This document shows, one piece after another, positions 1 to 9,989 of a stretch of DNA of 64,000 nucleotides. The translations under genes were made by a program, and so were the position numbers. Within the stretch, counting starts at the first letter, position 1; each line of letters opens with the position of its first letter. This stretch comes from Opitutales bacterium (GTDB lineage: Bacteria; Verrucomicrobiota; Verrucomicrobiia; Opitutales; UBA2987): positions 352,001 through 416,000 of the forward strand of contig CBDDEL010000013.1 in the NCBI GenBank assembly GCA_965226885.1, written 5' to 3'. The notes under the pieces were generated by a model. That model had not been told where the DNA came from and searched no databases. It saw only the letters and a list, made by a program, of their open reading frames with translations.

Positions 1-1172
1 GTTTGGAGGCTAACATTCATTGGCCGACGGACTGGGTATTACTCAAGGATGTAGCCGGCACGTTGCTCAAAGCGATCCGGCTGATCCGCGAGAAGGCCGG
101 TGTGCGCCATCGCATGCCGATCGAACCGGAGCCCTTGGCTCGGCAGATGAATCGGCTGTGCATACAGATGACCCACAGCCGGCGGCGAAAGGACAGCGCG
201 CGGCAGCGCAAGGGTATCTTGAGGCAGATGAAAAAGCTGCTCAAACGGATCGGGGAGCATGCCCGCAGTCACCGGGAATTATTGCAAGCCTGCTGGGAGC
301 AAAGCGATTACAGCGAAAAACAGGTCCAACAGATCCTCGCCCGGATGGAGCGCATGAGCGAGCAAATCCCGGTGGTCATCAAACAGGCGCACGAGCGGAT
401 CATTGGCGGCCGCCAGGTGAAAAACGCAGAGAAAGTCTTGAGTGTTTACGAACTCGATGTGCAGGTGATTGTGCGAGGTAAAGCGGGCCAAGAGGTCGAG
501 TTCGGCAACACCCTGTTTTTGGGAGAAAGCGTTGAAGGGTACCTGCTGGACTGGAAACTCTACGGCAGCCGAACTCCAAGCGAAAATGAACAAATGCAAG
601 AGAGTTTGCAAAGACAGAACCGCTTCAACCTGGAAGAACCCATAGCGGCCATGTGCGCGGACCGGGGATTTGCCTCCCAGCGGGCCCGCCGGCAGTTAGC
701 CCAGGAGGGAATCTACGACGCGCTCTGTCCACGCGATCCGAAGCAGTTGAAAAACCGGATGGAGGAACCACTGTTCAGACAATTGCAAAAGCGCCGGGCC
801 AGCACCGAAGGGCGGATCGGGGTATTGAAGAATCGCTGGCAGGCCGGGCGGTTGCGCAGCAAAGGCTTTGCCAACCGCTCGATCAGCGTAGCCTGGTCGG
901 TACTCTCGCACAACCTATGGAAAGTAGCCAAGATGCTGGCCCAGCAAGACGAACTAAAAACCAAAGCGGCGGCCTAGAGAGCGGAAAAGCAAGGACAATA
1001 CTTTTTCACAGCCGTACTGTCGGCTCATACAAAGAAAACCAGGCAACCGGACCCCAAAACCAGTATCCTAACGTCATAGGAGAGCAAAGTTGATACTCTC
1101 CCAAATGCAAATACCTCTAAAATGAGCGCCTATCAAAAGCCCTCGCAAAAATCACCCTTTTGGGACAGCCTC
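1..1172 (+). mobile_element. ISNCY/IS5-like element (type A), 5' part outside window
   Basis: Near-identical to the full 1817-bp copies; ends in terminal IR TTTTGGGACAGCCTC at 1172. Confidence 0.9.
3..977 (+). CDS. DDE transposase of type A IS (partial, C-terminal 324 aa)
   Basis: Same protein as the 493-aa ORFs; motifs EANIHWPTD, GKAGQEVEFG, ADRGF. Confidence 0.9.
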   Translation: MEANIHWPTDWVLLKDVAGTLLKAIRLIREKAGVRHRMPIEPEPLARQMNRLCIQMTHSRRRKDSARQRKGILRQMKKLLKRIGEHARSHRELLQACWEQSDYSEKQVQQILARMERMSEQIPVVIKQAHERIIGGRQVKNAEKVLSVYELDVQVIVRGKAGQEVEFGNTLFLGESVEGYLLDWKLYGSRTPSENEQMQESLQRQNRFNLEEPIAAMCADRGFASQRARRQLAQEGIYDALCPRDPKQLKNRMEEPLFRQLQKRRASTEGRIGVLKNRWQAGRLRSKGFANRSISVAWSVLSHNLWKVAKMLAQQDELKTKAAA

Positions 1173-1885
1173 TATATAGTCTCTTCGCTTAGTGGGCGAG
1201 TATCTTCGCCGTTGGGGTTTCACTCCACAAAAACCTCGAAGACAAGCCTATGAGCAGCAGCCTGAGGCGATTAAGAAGTGGCTTGATCAAACTTACCCGG
1301 CCATCGAAGCCAGAGCCAAAGCGCAACAGGCCCAAATCCACTGGGGAGATGAAACCGGCATCAGTAGCGAAGATCATCGGGGAAGAGGTTATGCTCCGCG
1401 CGGTAAAACGCCAGTTGCCAAACGCAGTGCGCGTCGTTTTAGCACGAGCATGATCTCGACTATAACCAACCGTGGAAAGCTGCGTTTCATGGTTTACAAG
1501 GGAGCCTTGAATGTGGAACTGTTTATCAAATTTCTGCGCCAGTTAATCAAAGGAGCCAAACGGAAAATCTTTCTCATTGTGGACAATCTGAGAGTGCATC
1601 ATGCTAAAAAAGTAACCGGTTGGATTGAAGCCCACCGCGATAGGATCGGGATTTTTTATCTACCATCTTACAGTCCCGAATTGAACCCCGATGAGTATTT
1701 GAATAACACGGTCAAAGCGAACTTGAAGAACCTGCCGGCCCCGCGCAGCCAAATTGAGTTGCAGGGAAGTCTGCGAACCCACCTGCGCAGCAGGCAACGA
1801 AAACCAATTTTGATTAAAAAACTCTTCCATCATCGGGATGTTCAATACGCCGCTTAACTGTTACTATTCAATTGCCGGATTAATA
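1173..1885 (+). mobile_element. IS630-family element, 5' end removed by type A IS
   Basis: ORF 1192-1857 with RWGFTPQKP, WGDETG, IVDNLRVH, LPSYSPELNPDE motifs; right end ATTGCCGGATTAATA. Confidence 0.85.
1192..1857 (+). pseudogene. IS630-family transposase, N-terminally truncated
   Basis: DDE_3-type catalytic motifs present; N-terminal HTH region missing where the type A IS abuts. Confidence 0.85.
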
Positions 1886-1961
1886 GAATTTTGACTTTGA
1901 ATCTTCTTGTTGAATAACGAGTGTGGTCTAATAGCTTATATAGTTCTACTATTCAATATTG

Positions 1962-2763
1962 GGTAGTGTATAAAAAAAGAATGTTATTTTGTATTTTTAG
2001 CTGTACAAATAGCGTTAGGCAGTTTATTCTTAGTGCATGGTTACTAAAATTATTAATTGTCGGCACTGTGGAAGTGAAAATATCATTAAATTTGGCAAGA
2101 CGCCCAACCATAAACAGCGCTACCGCTGCCATGATTGTGGTAAACAAAGCCGCGAAAACCCCACAGTGAAATACACCGAAGAGCAAAAAGAAATGATCCT
2201 TCGAGTCTATCAGGAACGCAGCAGTCTACGCGGTTTACAGCGCGCCTTCGGGGTGAGTCCCAACACCGTTTTGAGTTGGTTAAAAAAAACGACAATCGCT
2301 GCGACCGCTCAAAAGCACGATTCTTGCGGCCCGCCGCCATGATGTCATTGAACTGGACGAACTGTGGTCTTTTGTGGGGCGCAAGAGCGATGCCCAATGG
2401 GTTTGGATCGCTCTTTGCCGACGCACCCGTCAAATCCTCTCCTATGCCATTGGGCCTCGGGATTGGTATCGTTGCCGGGAACTTTACGAGCGTCTGCCAC
2501 GGGCCTACAAAAGATGTGCCACCTACAGCGACTTTTGGAGCACTTATGATGAAGTCTTTCCTCATAACCGATCCGTGGGAAAAGAAACCGGTGAAACGGC
2601 CCATGTGGAACGATGGAACAATACCCTGCGCCAACGACTGGGTCGTTTCACACGCAAAACCCTCTCCTTTTCCAAGCTTAAGAGTATGCATGAAACCTGC
2701 CTGAGACTTTTCATTCATCAATATAATCAAGAATTAGCCACCATTCCTACTTAATACACTACC
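1962..2763 (+). mobile_element. IS1-family element, complete (802 bp)
   Basis: Terminal IRs GGTAGTGTAT...ATACACTACC; 8-bp TSD CAATATTG. Confidence 0.95.
2037..2754 (+). CDS. IS1-family transposase InsA (2037-2342) / InsB, joined by frameshift at A8 run 2282-2289
   Basis: InsA zinc ribbon CRHC...CHDC plus HTH; InsB frame has [27 protein letters not shown]. Confidence 0.9.
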
Positions 2764-3022
2764 CAATATTGCTTGAAGCTTATCTCGAGCAGTAGATCCA
2801 TTGCTAAATGTCCCACGATCATCTCTTGTAAGGTGGATTACGAACCTAGCCCGGATATTTCATGAAGGGTAAAGTTTTGCTCGTTATTGCTATTGGAGAT
2901 GGATTTCTTTGTATTTTGAGCAGATCGTCTTGATTTTTAGGTGTTTTTCAGGGTGTAGAGACACTGCCCCCTTTCCCCCATTGGTTCGGTAGTGCCGGGG
3001 GCAGCACCAATGCACCCTTTAG

Positions 3023-4589
3023 CCCGGATATTTCGTAAAAAAAGTATCGTTGATATGCTTAACTGCTGATATACAGCAGGATAGATCAATAATTAAAGCA
3101 ATATCAGCGATGACAAAAGGTAAACAATTAAAGCTACAGTTGACAAGGGTAAAAGGCCGCCGTGTGCGGGTTGATTTCAAGGGCGGAGAGGTTACTTCGG
3201 ATGCCGGACTGCTTTTGATCCGGGAAGTGGATCGGCAGTTGGGCTTGACCGAACGAGCGGCCCGACAGTTAGTGGACAAACGGCAGAAGGGCAAAGTACG
3301 CCATGAGGTATTGGGGATGCTGCGGCAGCGCGTTTACGGGCTGGTGGCGGGCTATGAGGATTTGAACGACTTTGATACCCTGCGCCACGATCCATTGTTG
3401 CAAACGGTAACGGGGCGCATTGAAACGTTGGCCAGCGCGCCGACTTTGTGTCGTTTTGAAAACGGGCAGGATCGGCGGGCGGCCTTTGCGGTAAACGAGC
3501 TGTTGGTCGAACAGTTCATGGGCTCCTTTGCCGAGGAACCCGAAGAGATCATCCTGGACTTTGACGCCACCGACAATCCGGTGCACGGGCTCCAGGAGGG
3601 ACGTTTTTTCCACGGTTATTATGATCATTACTGTTTTCTGCCGCTATATGTTTTTTGCGGTGATCAGCTGCTGGTGGCCTACCTGCGGCCGAGCAAGATC
3701 GATGCCAGCAAGCATGCCGGGGCCATCCTCAAATTGCTGGTTAAACGGATTCGCCAAAGCTGGCCCCGTACGCGGATTATTTGGCGCGCCGACAGTGGAT
3801 TTTGTCGAGACCGGATACTCTCTTGGTGCGACCGCAACGAAGTTAGTTACATCGTGGGGATGGCTCGCAATGCACGCTTGCAGCAAGACGCCCAGCAGTT
3901 GCAAAAGCAGGCCAAAGAATGGTTCGAACTAAGGGGTAAAAAACAACGGTTATTCCAGGACTTCGTCTATGCTGCCGATTCGTGGCGATGGCTGCGGTTG
4001 GTCATCCATAAAGCCGAACACACCGCACAGGGGTCCAACCCGCGCTTCGTGGTGACGAACCTGCCGGGCGATCCCCAGGAGCTTTACGACAAGGTATACT
4101 GTGGCCGCGGTGAAATGGAGAACCGAATCAAGGAACAGATGCAATTGTTCAGCGAGCGCACCAGCGCCCATCAATGGTGGGCCAATCAGTGGCGATTGCT
4201 CTTGTCGGCGCTGGCCTACACCTTGATGGAAGCCATGCGCCGGTTAGCCTTAAAAGGGACGAAGTGGGCGCGGGCCCAATGCCACACCCTGCGGCTCAAA
4301 TTAATCAAGATCGGAGCGGTCATCGTGCGCAACACCCGAACGATTCACTTTCACCTAAGTGAGAGTTATCCTTGGGCCAGTCTTTTCAACCATGCGGCCC
4401 GCCGATTGGTGCCAACCTAAAGGGTGCATTGGTGCTGCCCCCGGCACTACCGAACCAATGGGGGAAAGGGGGCAGTGTCTCTACACCCTGAAAAACACCT
4501 AAAAATCAAGACGATCTGCTCAAAATACAAAGAAATCCATCTCCAATAGCAATAACGAGCCAAACTTTACCCTTCATGAAATATCCGGG
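3023..4589 (+). mobile_element. IS1380-family element, complete (1567 bp), nested in the stop codon of another copy
   Basis: IRs CCCGGATATTTC; TSD TTAG (3019-3022 / 4590-4593). Confidence 0.95.
3110..4420 (+). CDS. IS1380-family transposase
   Basis: Motifs DFKGGEVTSDAGLLL, LDFDATD, FFHGYY, RADSGF, RGEMENRIKEQ; ATG 3110 matches the start of the divergent isoform. Confidence 0.93.
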   Translation: MTKGKQLKLQLTRVKGRRVRVDFKGGEVTSDAGLLLIREVDRQLGLTERAARQLVDKRQKGKVRHEVLGMLRQRVYGLVAGYEDLNDFDTLRHDPLLQTVTGRIETLASAPTLCRFENGQDRRAAFAVNELLVEQFMGSFAEEPEEIILDFDATDNPVHGLQEGRFFHGYYDHYCFLPLYVFCGDQLLVAYLRPSKIDASKHAGAILKLLVKRIRQSWPRTRIIWRADSGFCRDRILSWCDRNEVSYIVGMARNARLQQDAQQLQKQAKEWFELRGKKQRLFQDFVYAADSWRWLRLVIHKAEHTAQGSNPRFVVTNLPGDPQELYDKVYCGRGEMENRIKEQMQLFSERTSAHQWWANQWRLLLSALAYTLMEAMRRLALKGTKWARAQCHTLRLKLIKIGAVIVRNTRTIHFHLSESYPWASLFNHAARRLVPT

Positions 4590-5824
4590 TTAGGTTGGCA
4601 CCAATCGGCGGGCCGCATGGTTGAAAAGACTGGCCCAAGGATAACTCTCACTTAGGTGAAAGTGAATCGTTCGGGTGTTGCGCACGATGACCGCTCCGAT
4701 CTTGATTAATTTGAGCCGCAGGGTGTGGCATTGGGCCCGCGCCCACTTCGTCCCTTTTAAGGCTAATGGGCGCTGGTGCGCTCGCTGAACAATTGCATCT
4801 GTTCCTTGATTCGGTTCTCCATTTCACCGCGGCCACAGTATACCTTGTCGTAAAGCTCCTGGGGATCGCCCGGCAGGTTCGTCACCACGAAGCGCGGGTT
4901 GGACCCCTGTGCGGTGTGTTCGGCTTTATGGATGACCAACCGCAGCCATCGCCACGAATCGGCAGCATAGACGAAGTCCTGGAATAACCGTTGTTTTTCA
5001 CCCCTTAGTTCGAACCATTCTTTGGCCTGCTTTTGCAACTGCTGGGCGTCTTGCTGCAAGCGTGCATTGCGAGCCATCCCCACGATGTAACTAACTTCGT
5101 TGCGGTCGCACCAAGAGAGTATCCGGTCTCGACAAAATCCACTGTCGGCGCGCCAAATAATCCGCGTACGGGGCCAGCTTTGGCGAATCCGTTTAACCAG
5201 CAATTTGAGGATGGCCCCGGCATGCTTGCTGGCATCGATCTTGCTCGGCCGCAGGTAGGCCACCAGCAGCTGATCACCGCAAAAAACATATAGCGGCAGA
5301 AAACAGTAATGATCATAATAACCGTGGAAAAAACGTCCCTCCTGGAGCCCGTGCACCGGATTGTCGGTGGCGTCAAAGTCCAGGATGATCTCTTCGGGTT
5401 CCTCGGCAAAGGAGCCCATGAACTGTTCGACCAACAGCTCGTTTACCGCAAAGGCCGCCCGCCGATCCTGCCCGTTTTCAAAACGACACAAAGTCGGCGC
5501 GCTGGCCAACGTTTCAATGCGCCCCGTTACCGTTTGCAACAATGGCTCGTGGCGCAGGGTATCAAAGTCGTTCAAATCCTCATAGCCCGCCACCAGCCCG
5601 TAAACGCGCTGCCGCAGCATCCCCAATACCTGCTGCCGCAGCATCCCCAATACCTCATGGCGTACTTTGCCCTTCTGCCGTTTGTCCACTAACTGTCGGG
5701 CCGCTCGTTCGGTCAAGCCCAACTGCCGATCCACTTCCCGGATCAAAAGCAGTCCGGCATCCGAAGTAACCTCTCCGCCCTTGAAATCAACCCGCACACG
5801 GCGGCCTTTTACCCTTGTCAACTG

Positions 5825-6081
5825 GGTAGTGTATAAAAAAAGAATGTTATTTTGTATTTTTAGCTGTACAAATAGCGTTAGGCAGTTTATTCTTAGTGCA
5901 TGGTTACTAAAATTATCAATTGTCGGCACTGTGGAAGTGAAAATATCATTAAATTTGGCAAGACGCCCAACCATAAACAGCGCTACCGCTGCCATGATTG
6001 TGGTAAACAAAGCCGCGAAAACCCCACAGTGAAATACACCGAAGAGCAAAAAGAAATGATCCTTCGAGTCTATCAGGAACG
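5825..6081 (+). mobile_element. IS1-family 5' fragment (257 bp)
   Basis: Left IR plus part of insA, cut off by the next IS1 left end. Confidence 0.9.
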
Positions 6082-6886
6082 GGTAGTGTATAAAAAAAGA
6101 ATGTTATTTTGTATTTTTAGCTGTACAAATAGCGTTAGGCAGTTTATTCTTCTTAGTGCATGGTTCCTAAAATTATTAATTGTCGGCACTGTGGAAGTGA
6201 AAATATCATTAAATTTGGCAAGACGCCCAACCATAAACAGCGCTACCGCTGCCATGATTGTGGTAAACAAAGCCGCGAAAACCCCACAGTGAAATACACC
6301 GAAGAGCAAAAAGAAATGATCCTTCGAGTCTATCAGGAACGCAGCAGTCTACGCGGTTTACAGCGCGCCTTCGGGGTGAGTCCCAACACCGTTTTGAGTT
6401 GGTTAGAAAAAACGACAATCGCTGCGACCGCTCAAAAGCACGATTCTTGCGGCCCGCCGCCATGATGTCATTGAACTGGACGAACTGTGGTCTTTTGTGG
6501 GGCGCAAGAGCGATGCCCAATGGGTTTGGATCGCTCTTTGCCGACGCACCCGTCAAATCCTCTCCTATGCCATTGGGCCTCGGGATTGGTATCGTTGCCG
6601 GGAACTTTACGAGCGTCTGCCACGGGCCTACAAAAGATGTGCCACCTACAGCGACTTTTGGAGCACTTATGATGAAGTCTTTCCTCATAACCGATCCGTG
6701 GGAAAAGAAACCGGTGAAACGGCCCATGTGGAACGATGGAACAATACCCTGCGCCAACGACTGGGTCGTTTCACACGCAAAACCCTCTCCTTTTCCAAGC
6801 TTAAGAGTATGCATGAAACCTGTCTGAGACTTTTCATTCATCAATATAATCAAGAATTAGCCACCATTCCTACTTAATACACTACC
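6082..6886 (+). mobile_element. IS1-family element (805 bp), no TSD, slippery A-run mutated
   Basis: Both IRs present; 3-bp duplication near 6147; A8 changed to AGAAAAAA; ORFs 6160-6465 and 6497-6877. Confidence 0.93.
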
Positions 6887-7860
6887 CAACCATCGTCTGG
6901 TATAGTATAACTCGTTTTCTCTCCTACTATCTTGGTGAAAGCGTATTCACGGTTAGGCATCTGCCGTTTTTCCATATCGATATCGAGAAATTTCACGTCG
7001 AGCCGCAATGGGTTTTCCAGGACATGCACCTGCACATATCCGGCAACGGACCCATAGGTATCTGAATCAGGATAAGTGATCGATCCTGTATTGATAATGA
7101 GCGCCCCGCTGTCTCCGTATTCGGCCAGTTTTTTGCGCTGAAAATGATGGGTGGTAGCCGATAGGACAAGATCGCTTTTGTCGGCGAGTAACTGTTTTTG
7201 CTTCCCGGAAACTTTTTCCATCCAGAATCCACTGATGGAATGGGCCGCCACAATGACGATATCTTTGGGTCCTTTGTCCAAATTATGCAAGGTTTCTTCC
7301 AAGTAGATTTTTGAGTCCTCACGGAAGGAGAGTTTATCGTCACGGGGATGATCCGGGAAATGAAGTTGAATCAAATGAATGGTGTAATCTTCGGCAGGGA
7401 TTTTGGCGTAATATTCAACCCCATTGCCGCGAATATCTATATGGGGTCTTTTATCCAATCCCTGGTGGATTAATAACGGTCCACCTTTTCCCCAGGCGTC
7501 CTGCGAGCCACCGTAGAACTCATTTTCCCCATCGGCGATATTGGGGTAAAAATTATTATTCCACCATTGGTTTTCCACGATAAAATCCAAAAAGGTATTG
7601 GGGCGATTGATTTTCAAATGATCTCCGAGACCTATAACGAAGCGGTCACCGCTTTTTTCAATCCACTTAGCCATCTTGGCGAAACGTTCACTATCGGATG
7701 GGGAGAGGCCCTTGTGGTCGCTCATAATGGCAAAACTGAAAACGGCGTTGCCTTCAAGCTCTGCAATATTTTGACCCGATTCCTCCGCCGAAACCAGAAA
7801 AACATTTGCCATTAATGAAGTGATAAAAAAACAAAATTGGTGAACGCGTCTAAGTTTCAT
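6874..7860 (-). CDS. Secreted calcineurin-like metallophosphoesterase; C-terminus clipped by IS1
   Basis: Signal-peptide-like N-terminus; SDHKG, GLGDH, AHS and THH motifs; last codons VVY* come from the IS1 IR. Confidence 0.65.
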   Translation of the reverse strand: MKLRRVHQFCFFITSLMANVFLVSAEESGQNIAELEGNAVFSFAIMSDHKGLSPSDSERFAKMAKWIEKSGDRFVIGLGDHLKINRPNTFLDFIVENQWWNNNFYPNIADGENEFYGGSQDAWGKGGPLLIHQGLDKRPHIDIRGNGVEYYAKIPAEDYTIHLIQLHFPDHPRDDKLSFREDSKIYLEETLHNLDKGPKDIVIVAAHSISGFWMEKVSGKQKQLLADKSDLVLSATTHHFQRKKLAEYGDSGALIINTGSITYPDSDTYGSVAGYVQVHVLENPLRLDVKFLDIDMEKRQMPNREYAFTKIVGEKTSYTIPDDGWVVY

Positions 7861-7948
7861 GATTACAATAGTGAAGTTGAATGATTTTATTTAAATTAAA
7901 CCAGTTTCAGGCCGAAGGTAATTTTTATCACAAAGTAAAGTAATAATG

Positions 7949-8353
7949 CTATCGGCTGTCGATATAAGCCCGCCAGCCTCCCCACTCTGTTATTTCCTTT
8001 TGATTTTCCACCAAGTAGGGCTCAGCCAGGATGCCTAAATTGCTTTGGCCGTCGGCAAGTGTTATATGTCCCAGGCATAATCCGGGAGGCTCCTGGCGCA
8101 GTATAGTTACAAGCCCCTCCGGCGTAAGTTCCCAGATTTCCAAATGAATTTCTTTTCCACCGTTCTGGGAACGAAGCATACCCGGATGGTGGTCGTCAAT
8201 GGACCACAATCGGTAATGGGAGTCCGTGCGCGTTTCCCGTATAAATTTTGCCCCTGCCTGCAAGAGGTTTTCATTCAGTTCCAAACCTCGCATCAAGGTT
8301 CCGTTTACCGCTATTTGAATGGAATTATCGAAAACGTGAGGTTTCATAAACAA
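7949..8353 (-). CDS. Allophanate-hydrolase C-terminal-domain / gamma-glutamylcyclotransferase-fold protein
   Basis: AVNGTLMRGLELN, YRLWSI, EPPGLCLG, GGWRAY motifs. Confidence 0.75.
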   Translation of the reverse strand: MFMKPHVFDNSIQIAVNGTLMRGLELNENLLQAGAKFIRETRTDSHYRLWSIDDHHPGMLRSQNGGKEIHLEIWELTPEGLVTILRQEPPGLCLGHITLADGQSNLGILAEPYLVENQKEITEWGGWRAYIDSR

Positions 8354-8363
8354 AAATATTACT

Positions 8364-9893
8364 TTAATTATTTTCTAGTAATTGGGACTCTACAATTTCA
8401 GTAATATGAGCAGAAAGCGAAATTTTTTCGCCATCTAATTTAGTTATATAATCCGTTACTGCTTCCGTAAATGTTATGGATGTCGGTATCGCTGTGAGGA
8501 CATGTTGAGGAACCTTGATTCCATCGCCTATATTTCGTTCTATCACTTTACTGAACGACCTTAAAAGTCGTGTATCCCATTCCTTCCTGGGCATTATGAC
8601 ATGGTAGAGGCGGTCCGGATCAAGGTCGATTTTAATGATATCCGAGGTGGTATTTTCCGCAGGCACAAAGGCACGAAATCCCGACCACTGGGTTAACGGT
8701 GAATCCGTTCGCCGCAGTGCGTTTAAATAGGCCTCGATTGCTTCGCCCTTCAGGTTGGCTTTAATGACCTCATGTCCACGATGGCCTCCAGTCCTGAAAA
8801 TCGCGTTAATGTCAACATCGCCAATTGGCAGAGTATCACGAATGACCTGATCGGCATTGCAGAAACCGATGTCGGCTCCGGAACTGGCCCGGAGGGCGGC
8901 AGCTCCCAGATTCCCCATCCCGATACGGTCGACTTCGGAATTGTTACGAAAAACGAATTGGGAAGCTTTTGGAGTTATCGATCGCTCTTTTTCGAGAACC
9001 CATTCCAACATCTCTTCATCAAGGGGAACCGTGTCATGTTTCATGGCAATCAGTTCGCTTTTCGCGCTAATGATTTGCTCGGTCGTCAAGTTGATTTTCA
9101 ACTCCAGGCGGCCGACATATTCGGTATAACTACCGGCCTGGACGATATAAGCCCCGGTCTCCTTTACGACAATGGCTTTCGGGATCACCTCATGGGAGTG
9201 CCCTGAAACAAAAACATCAATTTCTGGAGCGATCAGAGAAAGCATTCGGCATTGTTTTGCAGTGATGTGGCAGACGGCGATAATAAGATCGGCCGTTTCA
9301 TCCAGCCGCTTTGCTTCGATAGCCAGGGCATTGGCCGTTTCCTCCAGATTCAGCCCATATTCATCCCTTGGAACGATTGCCCCGATCACCCCTACTTTGA
9401 CTCCATCCACATCGAAGATTGCGCTGGGTGTGAATTCCAGATCTCCATTTTCTTTGATCAGGTTGAGGCAGAGCATTTTCATTTCACCGGCCAGCGATTC
9501 GAATTTGCGCATTTGTGGAATTCCGAAATCGTGATCGTGGTTTCCGAATGTGCCGGCGTCATACCCGATCATGCCCAACGCCCGGTAGGTAATCTCACTA
9601 TCAGTTTCAAATGCCACCATGTCTCCTTTTTCCGCCACATCGCCAGCGTCCAGTAAGATGACATCGTCGCGTTCGGCCCGAATCTTTTTCACGTAGCCCG
9701 AAACATAGGGCAGCCCACCGGCTCCATCGTAATCCGGTCGCAAGTGGTCGTGGATGTCGTTGGTGTGCAAAATGAGGACGGTATCCGTTTTACCCTCCAA
9801 CCGGCTGATAGCGTCCGCTGCAAGAAAGAGTTGGGGTACGATCCCGAAAATAATAAATAGCCTGAGGAGTCTCATTGGTTTAACTAGCGCCAT
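8364..9893 (-). CDS. Bifunctional metallophosphatase / 5'-nucleotidase (UshA-like), secreted
   Basis: HTNDIH, LDAGD, GNHDHDFG, SGHSHE motifs; start probably 9893 or 9875 rather than 9980 because a signal peptide follows. Confidence 0.85.
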   Translation of the reverse strand: MALVKPMRLLRLFIIFGIVPQLFLAADAISRLEGKTDTVLILHTNDIHDHLRPDYDGAGGLPYVSGYVKKIRAERDDVILLDAGDVAEKGDMVAFETDSEITYRALGMIGYDAGTFGNHDHDFGIPQMRKFESLAGEMKMLCLNLIKENGDLEFTPSAIFDVDGVKVGVIGAIVPRDEYGLNLEETANALAIEAKRLDETADLIIAVCHITAKQCRMLSLIAPEIDVFVSGHSHEVIPKAIVVKETGAYIVQAGSYTEYVGRLELKINLTTEQIISAKSELIAMKHDTVPLDEEMLEWVLEKERSITPKASQFVFRNNSEVDRIGMGNLGAAALRASSGADIGFCNADQVIRDTLPIGDVDINAIFRTGGHRGHEVIKANLKGEAIEAYLNALRRTDSPLTQWSGFRAFVPAENTTSDIIKIDLDPDRLYHVIMPRKEWDTRLLRSFSKVIERNIGDGIKVPQHVLTAIPTSITFTEAVTDYITKLDGEKISLSAHITEIVESQLLENN

Positions 9894-9910
9894 ACTGTTG
9901 TTTTTTGGCC

Positions 9911-9932
9911 AAAATGACAAAATCGTCATTAT
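9911..9932. promoter_or_regulatory. CusR/CopR-type palindromic operator
   Basis: AAAATGACAAAATCGTCATTAT resembles the CusR box AAAATGACAA-NN-TTGTCATTTT; lies upstream of a TolC-CusR-CusS-like operon. Confidence 0.6.
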
Positions 9933-9989
9933 CACCGAAGCCTCATTGTCATTTGATGATGGTATATTATCAATTGTCATAAATTCAAC

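Larger units (their letters stand above)
1886..2849 (-). pseudogene. AT-rich gene relic, possibly AbiGi-like, split by IS1
   Basis: Joining 2849-2764 and 1953-1886 reads RFVIHLTRDDRGTFSNGSTARDKLQAILNSRTI*AIRPHSLFNKK; family guess from recalled motif only. Confidence 0.35.
2850..5824 (-). mobile_element. Degenerate IS1380-family copy, interrupted by a second copy and truncated by IS1
   Basis: Right IR at 2850; resumes at 4594; has a ~73-bp deletion near 4766 and a 24-bp duplication 5608-5655; left end lost at 5825. Confidence 0.9.

Noticed and set aside
2086..2730. Recurrent antisense/overlapping ORFs within IS1, IS1380 and type A elements
   Set aside because: They recur only because the IS copies are near-identical; no recognisable motifs
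4763..6049. 428-aa ORF as a novel fusion transposase
   Set aside because: Antisense IS1 sequence read into a truncated IS1380 frame; junction artefact
9894..9980. Extended N-terminus of the 5'-nucleotidase in the ORF track
   Set aside because: Would overlap the operator/promoter gap; the signal peptide starts after 9893/9875
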